A DNA stretch of 59,075 nt, filler included, from Sphacelaria rigidula (taxonomy: Eukaryota), in NCBI GenBank assembly GCA_964200075.2. It is 5 parts of 5 records of this genome, joined end to end, with 100 filler letters (N's around TTAATTAATTAA, not from the genome) between each part and the next. Parts side by side here need not be neighbours in the genome. Positions count along the whole stretch, not along the records: positions 47,343 to 59,075 come from CAXNAA020004574.1; 4 more parts are not named here. One strand, 5' to 3'. Position 1 is the first letter of the stretch. The number at the start of each line of letters is the position of its first letter. The notes beneath the pieces were generated by a model. The model made no database searches and was not told where the DNA came from. It worked only from the letters and a program-made list of their open reading frames with translations. Shown one piece after another: positions 49,111 through 59,075 of this stretch. The position numbers and the translations under genes were made by a program.

Positions 49111-50535
49111 ATGAAGCGGAATCCTCTCACAGACCACTCGGACGTGCTTCGACACTTGACCCCGTTTATCACTGGGGAGGGCTACCTGTTCGTGGCTGGG
49201 GCTTCCAAGCACTGGAAGACGGCGTGGGGCAGCCGGCCTAAGGAGACCGGCCTGCACATTGCGGTGCAGTCGGCGACGTGCTTGGCATGGGCGAGGGATA
49301 GCGGATGTCCATGGGACGAGGAAATATGCCGGCTAGCGGCCTTAGAAGGCAGATTGGAGACACTTCGGTTTGCTCGAAGTCGTGGTTGTCCTTGGGATGA
49401 GGAAACGTGTTACTTCGCTGCCGAGAACGGGCATTTAGAGGTGCTGCAATGGTGTAGAGCCAATGGCTGTCCCTGGGAGGAGGGAACGTGTGCCTCCGCT
49501 GCCGAGCAAGGTCATCTAGAAGTACTCAAGTGGTCCAGAGCTAACGGTTGTCCCTGGGATGAGGTGATGTGTTTGTACGCTGCGCGGGGGGGGCATCTGG
49601 AAGTGCTGAAGTGGTGCAGAGCCAACGGCTGTCCCTGGGAGGAGGAAACGTGTTCCACCGCTGCCGAAGAGGGGCATTTAGAAATGCTCAAATGGTGCAG
49701 AGCTAACGGCTGTCCCTGGGATGAATCTACATGCATTTTCGCTGCGAAAAGGGGACATCTAGACGTGCTACAATGGTGTAGAGCCAATGCCTGTAGCTGG
49801 AACAAGCGTACCTGTTCCCACGCTGCCCAGGGGGGGCACGTCGAGGTGCTCCAATGGTTGAGGGCGAACGGCTGTCCCTGGGATGAGGAAACGTGTTACT
49901 TCGCTGCCGAGAACGGGTATCTAGACGTGCTCAAGTGGTGCAGAGCCAACGGCTGTCCCTGGGATGAGGAAACGTGTTCCATCGCTGCCGGGGAGGGGCG
50001 TCTAGAAATGCTCAAGTGGTGCAGAGCCAACGGCTGTCCGTGGGATGAGGGGACGTGCAAATCTGCGGCGCTTGGGGGGAATCTAGAGATACTCCAGTGG
50101 TGCAGAGCCAACGATTGTCCCTGGGATGAGGACACGTGTTCCTCCGCTGCCTCGGAGGGCTATCTTGAAGTGCTGAAGTGGTGCAGAGCGAACGGCTGTC
50201 CTTGGGAAGAATATACCTGTGTCAGCGCTGCCGAGGAGGGGCATCTAGATGTGCTCAAGTGGTGCAGAGCCAATGGCTGCCCCTGGGATTGGGCAACGTG
50301 CACTTTCGCTGCCGAGGCGGGGCGTCTAGAAGTGCTCAAATGGTGCAGAGCCAACGGCTGTCCCTGGCATGACTCCATGTGTCTCTACGCTGCGCGAGGA
50401 GGGCATCTTGAAGTGCTCAAATGGTGCAGAGCCAACGGCTGTGCGTGGAGTAAGGACGTAATTGAAGCAGCGAATACGTCCGGATGTAGAGCGATAGCAC
50501 AGTGGTGCGTTGAAAATGGATGTCCGCAATCCTAG
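49111..50535 (+). CDS. Ankyrin-like repeat protein (27-aa GCPW repeats, 14 units plus cap) with N-terminal F-box-like segment, 474 aa
   Basis: Open frame with 81-bp repeats, consensus GCPWDExTCxxAAxxGHLEVLKWCRAN. ATG 49111 is in accaccATG context. A likely 5'-UTR intron (donor gtaagc 48890, acceptor caccag 49066) makes the ORF-track start at 48583 unlikely. Confidence 0.9.
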   Translation: MKRNPLTDHSDVLRHLTPFITGEGYLFVAGASKHWKTAWGSRPKETGLHIAVQSATCLAWARDSGCPWDEEICRLAALEGRLETLRFARSRGCPWDEETCYFAAENGHLEVLQWCRANGCPWEEGTCASAAEQGHLEVLKWSRANGCPWDEVMCLYAARGGHLEVLKWCRANGCPWEEETCSTAAEEGHLEMLKWCRANGCPWDESTCIFAAKRGHLDVLQWCRANACSWNKRTCSHAAQGGHVEVLQWLRANGCPWDEETCYFAAENGYLDVLKWCRANGCPWDEETCSIAAGEGRLEMLKWCRANGCPWDEGTCKSAALGGNLEILQWCRANDCPWDEDTCSSAASEGYLEVLKWCRANGCPWEEYTCVSAAEEGHLDVLKWCRANGCPWDWATCTFAAEAGRLEVLKWCRANGCPWHDSMCLYAARGGHLEVLKWCRANGCAWSKDVIEAANTSGCRAIAQWCVENGCPQS

Positions 50536-50814
50536 CAAGGGTGTTCACGAACATCAGAAGCAAAGGTGGGTTCGCAATTGTGGACGTGAGTGTTGGCAGT
50601 GTATATACAAGCAGTCAGCTATTTCGTACGATCGGCTCTAGCAGACACCTTTTGTATGGACATTTTACAGCAGATCCCAATGCTGATTCTGTGTTCATTA
50701 GTAGCTTCATCTTGTCGTAATTTACACGCCTCTCCTTCGATTTTGTGTAGATTACGGTGCGGATCAGCAGGCCGCGAGAACATGCACATCAAGCAGAGCG
50801 CCCCCCCCCCAACA

Positions 50815-50931
50815 AGCGTGGCGAGTGATGTGGGCAAGGCGCTTGTTGGGGGTGTACACGATTATGACTATGGCATGCATGATCATGAGCACACCCCCAA
50901 CAAGCGCCTTGCCCACATCACTCGCCACGCT
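50815..50931. repeat. Hairpin with perfect 41-bp arms
   Basis: agcgtggcgagtgatgtgggcaaggcgcttgttgggggtgt (50815-55) is the exact reverse complement of 50891-50931; the 35-nt centre is partly self-complementary. Confidence 0.9.
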
Positions 50932-52688
50932 GAGTTGTCGCTTTCCTTGTGACTACCCTCTGGCCATGGTGCGAACGGTTCCGCGGTGCAGACGCGTCAC
51001 GTTTGCCGGGGGAAAACCTGATTGCATCTTGAGTACATGCATTTTTCCCTCCGTGATCACACATGTTCGCGGTAGCGGGGTGACGTCGAAGTATTCGTTG
51101 ATGTATCAAACGCGGTGCACTTTAGCTTGCACACGAACACTACTGTACCAGTACAAGAGCAGCACGATGCCTTGCACGCCCCACAGGAGTATTGCACCAA
51201 GAGTTCTCTCCGCCCAAGAGTCTCCCGACAGTGTTGGGCGGTGTGTGTCGGCGCCTTTAGCTGCGCTGTCTCGAACTGTTCGAGTGTGTCCAGTGGACGT
51301 TCAGGCTAGACTGCACAGACACGAAACCATGCACCTGAACAATGTCACGGTACCTTCGGGTCATGGCATTAGCGGTGCACTAAACTTGTGATTGCCGTGA
51401 GTCGTGCCACGGCTGCCGCACTTGTGGATGAGGTGTGCTATCGTCGTTCAAAAGAGTAATCACCGGCCCGTGCATGTCTGCAAGAAATGTACTCTGCGTG
51501 GTGCGAATTCTCCGCCTCAACTTCTAATCAAATTTGGAAATTGCAGAGAATGTTTGCTACTAGTATGCCAGTAGAGCTGACCTCGTGTTCTCTAACATCA
51601 AGATGTCATCCCCGCTGGATTGTTGCGCGGTGGTTCTGCTTTTTCGAGTGAAATAGTTTTCAACGCACCTCCATGACTGTATCTGAACACACATTCGAGC
51701 CGTGGCACGAGTAGCGTATACCTTGTGGGTCTGGCCACTACAGGGTACAGGCGTCGGCGGTTTGTTCACTCATTCAAGCGCGTCAGGGTGTGCTTTTACA
51801 TTTCCACAATACTGAATGCGAGTGTCCAACAAAAGACGACGCCCGAACAAAGTAGAAACGAGTGGGCATACCTTGCCGTTCCGGATCAGCTTAGCGTGCT
51901 GGACAGTTTCGATGGGTACTAAGATCTGTGTGCTAAACGCCATGCCGCTCGCTGCCTTCCATTTTTTGCAGTATATGCGCAGTAAGGGAGAAAAACTGTG
52001 TGTTCTCGGCAGCAGGGACTGAAACGGGATCAAAGCCGGGTCTAGCCCACGATTTTGCCCCGTGAACCCCGTTCTGGTACTACTGGACCGCACCTATTGC
52101 CTGGTTCTTCCCGCACACACAGAGTACCACGTGTCTATGCGATGCTTTCGGTACATGACTTGACCGTTGGCGCCGGTTATGTCATTCCCCGCGCACCTGT
52201 GGCTGATCAGGTTGACTTGCAGCTGGGTTGAAACGCAGTCGCAACTTGATTTGATCAATCCCACTTTGGCGGCGAGAGTCAGAGATGAAGTTGCGCGGGC
52301 TGTGGTGATCGTACATGACCTGAGATTCCGTTGATGCTGTCAAATGGGTGTGGTGTATTGAACCACCAACAGCCTGGAGCAAACAGGAGAATGCCCACGC
52401 GCGAAAGTTGTTTAATTGATTATGATCCTACGTGTAAGTGTATATCAGCGAGGTCCCGATCCAAGGTCGTCCACGTAGCAGGCGGCTGCGGTATTCAGAA
52501 CACCTTGCATCCCGGTGGGTGACTGGCTAGAGGCACACAGGGTTGGTACAGTTTTACTGCTGGTAGTGGCCTGACTTTTGGCATACTGACTTCGGCCATG
52601 GGGCTTATCTCACCTGGTGGCCATACCCACCCTCTTGTGTCTTCTGTATTTTCTTCTTCTTTTTTTGTTTTTTTTTCGGTGTGCTTTT

Positions 52689-54159
52689 CAGGTCGGATAG
52701 GGTATATACGTTTCAATGCTCGGGTAAAAACCCGGGTATTTACTCTCCCCAACGTTTGGGTAGATTGGATTCGGCCTCAATACTCTACCCAATTTTTGGG
52801 TATATTGGGTACGATTTTTATACCGTACCCATTTTTTCGGTAGATTGAGCACGACCTCAAATGCCCTACTGTACCCAGATATTGGATGAGTACTCTCAGT
52901 AATACTTGAGTATAGAGTGTCACTTGGGTATGATCTCAATACTCTACCCGAAAATATGGGTAGATTGGGTATGGCCTCAAATACTCTACCCAATATTGTG
53001 TAGTTCATCTCAGTAATACTCAGGTGTAGAGTATCACTTGGGTATTATGAGTAACCGTGACCGTCGGCGACTTCGTGACGTCACTTCACAGACCATGTCG
53101 AAGATATCGGCGAACGGTGACCATTAATGACATGAGTGACGTCACGTCACAGGCTACAATGAGTATGAGCGGACGGTGGCCAAAAAAAAGCAAGAATAGC
53201 TTCCAGGTGCATGAACCTACCTGTCCCACCCCCGGCAGTACATACCCGTACTTCATACTTTCGCATCCTCTTCGATATCAGTTTTAGTGTAACGCGCTAC
53301 TCATCATTATTCGGTAATCGAGTAGACTGGTTGTCGGGTAAGCATTGGAAAAATGAGCGACTCTGCGGGCCGCATATCTGACTCCTCTATGGGGGACCCA
53401 GCGGTGGAAACGATGGAAGATGTGGAAACACCGCAACAGTCGCAAGCGGGAACAACAAAAAAGGGCGCGACGGGATCAGGAGTGATAAACCTGACCCCAA
53501 AACAGGCCCCGGTGGTCCGTGGTGTACAGGCGGCCTCCGTGTACCATACCAACGGAGATTTGTACGCGGTGCCACAGGAAACGATCGCTACCCAAATTTC
53601 GGGTAGATTTGGTATAACCTCAATACTCTGCCCGAATTTCGGGTAGATTGGGTATGACCTTAAATACTCTACGCAACGTTTGGGTTAGATTGGGTACGGC
53701 CTAAACTACTCTACCCACATTTTGAGTAGATTGGGTACGGCCTCGAATACTCAACCCAACTTTTGGGTACATTTAGTACGACGTCAAACACTCTACCCAA
53801 TTTTGGTGAGGCACACTTAGCATACCTGGGTATGGAGTATCACTTGGGTATTACCATAATACTCTACCCAATTTTGAATAAAGTGAGTACGATTTTTGTA
53901 CTTCTACTCAAATCTTGGGTAGATTGAGCACGGCCTCAAATACTCTACCCAAATATTGGACAAGCGCTACCCGGGTGTAAAGTATCACTTGGGTATGACC
54001 TCAATACCCTACCCAAATTTTGGGTATGACCTCAAATACTCTACCCAACATTTGGGTAGATTGGGTACGATGTCCAATACTGGACCCGAATTCTGGGTAC
54101 GAAGAGTATGACTTTTCCAAATACCGAGTATTGGGTATACCGTACCCGATCTGCCCTTG
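52689..54159. mobile_element. Non-autonomous hAT-type element, sister subfamily of 25533-27325
   Basis: Perfect 8-bp TSD gtgctttt (52681-88, 54160-67); right TIR tacccgatctgcccttg; left TIR appears to lack its first 6 nt; ctacccaaattttgggta-type repeats; internal block gtcggcgacttcgtgacgtcacttcacag shared with ~26080. Confidence 0.85.
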
Positions 54160-55598
54160 GTGCTTTTTTGCAGATCTGAAGGTTTTTTTCCCTTCTTGTC
54201 ATCCCGTTAAACTCGGGGAAGCGATCTCTCAAATGTTTTCTTGGCGTCTCCCTTGTTTTCATATTCGTAATATTTCATTCGATTGTTTTTGTTTTGGAAA
54301 TTAGGCTAGAGTCTCAGAAATGTTTTTGACAAGGACTCAATGTCTTGTAAGGAATTGAGGAATTGCAGGGACGGTATTGGGCAGACGAGCCCACGTCTGT
54401 GACCATGGGTTCGAAAGATCGGACTGACGATGTACGGAAATAATATAACTAGTGGTAGGCCACGGCTGACGCACATGGTAGAAGTGCCGCAAGTGTCCGC
54501 GCGGCCGATCTGGGGTGAGTGGAGGTTATGAACATCATAGCGAAAAATACACCAATGACCCTGGCGTTAACCATAGCTTATCGATATTAGAATATAAGAA
54601 CTTCCAATCCCACGGCTAACCGTAACCACTACGAAAGAAGAAGGGGTCACCGTTAGGGACGCTAATGGAGGGGGGGAGGTGTCGGCCTCCGAAAAGTGTC
54701 CGGGCTGTTCGACAACATTTCACCGACCATGGACCACTTGTTCGTTTCCTCAGATGCACTTGAGTTCAGTCTACATTATTGACATGCGGAAATCGTGCGT
54801 CAAGGTGACGCCGTCCCTCCTCAGACGCTGCACACACCTACACACCGCCGACACATTTTGGGGTTTGACCGCTTTTCAAGTGCTTCTCAAGCTTCCCGTC
54901 AAAAGGTACATAAAAAACTCTTTTTTTTTTCGGCGTGCCCTGAAAAAAAGGGTTACAGCCCATTGCATTCCAATTCGAAGCACACAGCGCAAAAAGAGCG
55001 CTCGAATCGTACACGTCGCCGAGGGAAACTGGGGTGTCGAAGTCGGCCCCTCAAAGGAGTCTCCCGACCAACCGTCCGTCCTCAACACAAGCAAGAGAAA
55101 CATAGCACAGAGGGGATCAGAGGGGAAACGTCGGAGGGGAGGCCTGAGTTGATGCGTAAGTATGAGACTGTGTTAACCGAACAAAAGCAAGAGTGCGCCG
55201 TGATAATGAGAATGATTCTGGCGTTCTCGTGATTTATTCTTCTTTCGTCCTTCCGATTGGTTGCCCGTCCGCTCTCAACCAATAAATGTAGACCCGCCGG
55301 TCCAACCGACACCGTTTCGCAATTCACCCGCGCAGAAGGGAGCCGGCACGCCATTTTTTAATCCACCCGCGCAAAAAATAGCCGGCAGATAGCGCAGGCC
55401 ATGGCATGCACACCGATAGCACCACTCACACGCGCACGTGCACAGACCAACTACCACCAGCCAGTAGCAGAAGCCAAGAGATCATCAACGGAGAAAGGCT
55501 CGACAAACGCACACGAGAGAAAACTTCACCCAAATACCTACCTTGGTTTGAAGGAATATGGGTTCAAAACCGCACGAGTCTTGCTTTGTATTTATATC

Positions 55599-55672
55599 GA
55601 CGGCGTGGTGTAGTGGTCTGACTGTCGCCATTGGTGGAGAGAAGGAGGGTTCGATTCTCGATGCGTTGAGGT
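55599..55672 (+). mobile_element. tRNA-like Pol III head (probable SINE of a second family)
   Basis: tggtgtagtgg (A box) and gggttcgattctc (B box) at tRNA-like spacing, but no proper cloverleaf acceptor stem. Confidence 0.45.
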
Positions 55673-56266
55673 TTTTCTTCGTAATGTATGATTTCCACCG
55701 TGGAAATCGTGAGAACGTGAGTAAACGAAGTAGTCGACTGAGTTTGTTTGACGTGAGTTGACGCAGTGCCAGAGTGCTGATAGTCATGACCCAATCGGCG
55801 AGACCAAAATGCAAGGCGTGTACCGGGGGAGAGATGGGTTGATCCCTTGAGACCACAGACTCGTCCCGAGGAAGGATAGGGGTTCAAAGTGCGACAAATA
55901 GAAAGAAAATAAATAATGAAAAAAACACTCCAAGGCCGGAGTGTGTTCGCCGTAGTGTCTCTCCTTCATTTATTTCGCGGGTGGCGGAGAGGGGGTTCGC
56001 CTCCCCGGTGGACGCACAATAATCGCTCTGGCATGATAAGAAAATACGCGGGGATGACTTGAAAAGTTCGAGTATTTGAATACAGGAAAATACACTACGT
56101 ATATGAGTCTTGATTTCAAGACAGCAGCAACAGTGGTGTCGAACATCCGTGCGTAGTACCTCCCGTGCAGAGCTGTCTGTACCACAATCTGCACCGCACC
56201 GTCCACTACTACTGCCTGTATTGGAAACAATGCTGTGCGGTGTAGTTTTGCTGCTGTGTTGTTATC

Positions 56267-56340
56267 CCATCTATTTTGGACGCCAGTTACACGTTTCGAT
56301 ATATGAGGGCGCATCAGCCGGGGTCAGACAGGAGAAGAGT
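56267..56340 (-). mobile_element. 3' fragment of the SINE family
   Basis: ccatctattttggacgccagttacac matches the SINE tail at 41297. Confidence 0.6.
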
Positions 56341-57364
56341 TTTTCTTCTTGTCAGGAATGATGATAGGTCATTGACGACGTAAACACTTAAAACAATGAA
56401 AATGGAGATCAGGATAAACGTGGTATTGACCACTTGCAAGAGGCGGACGCGGGCGCGCGCAACATCTCGGGGTGACGGGGTTGGATACTGCACCGCCAGC
56501 GAGAAAGAAACAAAGAGAGGGCTCCCCGCGTGGAAATGTTTTTGTGACTTTTGTTCGGCTACGTTTACCGCACCTTTATCGTCTGATTTCAATTTCAACC
56601 ACTATACTGCACGTAAAAACTCATAGGTTGGGGAGGTGAGTAATCCTCGTTTTATCTTCGCCGTGCACTACTTTTGTTACTGTGTAGTTGGGGCCATTCA
56701 GTGGACGACTGCGGGTGAGCGACGAACCAAACGTGGTACAAAAATAGTGGAGAGCAGGTCGATAGGGTAGCAGCTAGGGGAAGGTCGATCGAATCAAATG
56801 TGAGAAATCGTTGTGAGAGACGAGCACAGCACACCACAGCGACCGTGTGCTTACTGAGTGGGGGAATGGGGTGGCTCTGGCACCATTTACAGCTCGTTTA
56901 GTGGGCGCTTGATTGTAAAATCCTACCTAGCGTGCCAACTTTTAAGGTCAGACCAGATACTTGTACAGTCAGTACTATATTGTACATGCTGTACGGTAGT
57001 CCTGCTACTACTGTATATATATACATATGTAAGTGCTGCACTCTCTGCCCGGTCTCTCGGGTGAGCGCTTTAAATTTCCCCTGGTAGTTGTCTTGCCGTA
57101 GTACCGTACCGCTGATCTGGGCGATCTCGCAAGGGATGTCAGCAAGCTTGTCAAGCTCGCTTTGTATGCAGCAATTACCCTTGTGCGGTAGTTTTGCCTT
57201 GTCGATGAAGCGGCAGGCAGAGAGGGGCTGGGGGATTGAAGAAAATATGTGAAGATGTCGTGAGAGGCGGGCGTTCGCCACAACAGCCACGGTGTATCCG
57301 CTATTATACTGCACGTACTGTAGCCCTACCGCTCTACATCTCTCTCTCTATATATATATATCAC

Positions 57365-58296
57365 ACCCTGGACAATACAATATGTAATATATATTGCCCG
57401 CTCAATATATCGAGGCGTCGGGTGGTCAATATTGGGCGAGAAATATGATGACACGAGAGAGGGTCAATATATATTGTGCCATCAATATATCAAGGTTCGC
57501 GACATGCAATATATATCGACCGAACAATATATCACGACACGCGCCACCTCAATATATATTGGCCGAGTAGTATGTTGGTGCGAGAAGGCACCAATATATA
57601 TTTATCGAGTAATATATTTGCTGCCACCCGAGGTCAATATGTATTGACGATTAAATATACTCGACACCCGAAGGGCCAATATACATTGCCGCCCCAATAT
57701 GTCGTGCGTCAATGCGTCCAATATATATTGGGTGGACAATACACGAGGGAACCGACGGTCACAATACATGATGTATCAAAATATATTGATTTTCAACATA
57801 TAGATTGCAAAGCGCATTGGAATTAGTATTGTGGGCAAATATTCGTTCGCGGGCGCCATTCAAAGGCGTATTTTACATGCCGAAAATGCTCAATGTATTC
57901 CTCCGCAAGCGTGTTCAATATATATTGGCTGCACGATAGCTATCCGATCAGCGTGCGCAAAATATATTGGAAAAACAATACTTCTGCATGGTTTGCGTTC
58001 AATATATATCATGGTAACAATATGCTACTCATCGCCTCGACTCAATATATATTTTGACACTTCAATACATACACGGCCGGCATGCACAATATATATTGAA
58101 TGTTTTCTTCTCGGAGCAACTGCATGTCCAATATATATTGACATACATTACTTTATGATCATTACACGAGCAATATGTTGTTGCTTCAATATCTCCGAGG
58201 AAATCTCAACACAATATATATTGAAAGGGCAATATTTGCGCTGGCTCCAGTACAAAGTATTGGGATCATATTGGAACATATTTTATTGTCCAGGGT
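57365..58296. mobile_element. ~930-bp non-autonomous TIR element packed with CAATAT(AT)ATTG palindromes
   Basis: 21-bp TIRs accctggacaatacaatatgt / acatattttattgtccagggt (1 mismatch); internal motif recurs about every 35-45 bp; no ORF of substance. Confidence 0.8.
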
Positions 58297-59075
58297 ATAA
58301 GTAACACAGCCCCGGTGACCACAGGGGTACCAAAAGGCGCATATCGACCCGCGTTTTCTATCGTCGTGATGTTTAGCCAAGATATTTATATTACATGCTG
58401 GAAAGGGGATGGGCGGCCTCGCACCGGTGACCAGATAGGTACCAGGAGGCCTATATACCGGGTCGCCTCTTCTGTCACCATATTTTCAAACCAGTATACA
58501 TATATATATATAGAGGTAACTAATATCACGATTATTCTAATCTTTAGTTCTAGGTCGCTCACAGCGCAGCGGGGGAACTCGCCCCCCTCTCAGATCAGTA
58601 CATTAAGCGTTACCTCTCTCAGCCCGCGCGCTCCACCACCGCCCGACTCCTCTTTGCACGAGGTCAGTGAAAAAAGTCTTTCCAACACATACCCGCTGCC
58701 GCCGTATCGAGTTTTTGCGTTGGAGTCAGGTTACCAGCGTGAAGCTACACGAGTTATTTTCGTGTGCTGTGAAAAGTAAAAAACGTCAGCCACACCCCTG
58801 CATTGCTGAAGAAACACGTATCTCAGTAAACACCGGCAAACATGCAAAATCTCAGATTTTTCGTCTGATTGGTCCAGAACTTCCGGGAGCTTCTGAACTT
58901 TCGCAGAAGTCATCACGACTCAATTTCACATGCCATGTCTCAGCTAAGGAAGAAATTTCAACACAGACACTCTGTCGTGGGACGGAGTTTTGGCGTTGGC
59001 GTTAGGCTGCCAGCGTAGAGCTACGTGGTTGTGTTCATCCGTGTGTGCTTTGACAAGGCAAAAGACCACACCTGC

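Noticed and set aside
39773-50535. HET effector plus ankyrin-repeat sensor as one NLR-like gene or linked immune cluster
   Set aside because: They lie on different contigs joined by the artificial spacer at 47243-47342. No NACHT/NB-ARC exon was found, and the splice phases do not join directly.

Overview
Eukaryotic, repeat-rich DNA, most consistent with a brown alga (Phaeophyceae) or related stramenopile; this is inferred from intron style and gene/repeat types and is not verified. The window is not one locus. Four identical 100-nt spacers (N44-TTAATTAATTAA-N44) separate five segments of 11736, 11736, 11735, 11735 and 11733 bp, i.e. size-sorted contigs joined artificially, so linkage across spacers is meaningless. 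Two convincing protein-coding genes are present: a six-exon HET-domain (TIR-like) gene fragment (39773-46223, all splice phases consistent) and a single-coding-exon F-box-like + 27-aa CPW-type ankyrin-like repeat gene (49111-50535) with shuffled, position-specifically variable repeats. Most other sequence is transposon-derived: decayed Copia and Gypsy elements, two non-autonomous hAT elements with 8-bp TSDs, a nest of MITEs, tRNA-derived SINEs and LINE 3' fragments at C-tracts. The most unusual structure is a tandem array (1882-bp period, 20077-23572, running off the contig) of giant hairpins with 740-815-bp arms, G-U-rich arm differences, one compensatory change and a localized hypervariable window: a candidate polycistronic hairpin-RNA / small-RNA guide locus. 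Two more pre-miRNA-like hairpins lie at 36082-36339 and 50815-50931. Most short ORFs in the supplied track are judged non-coding.
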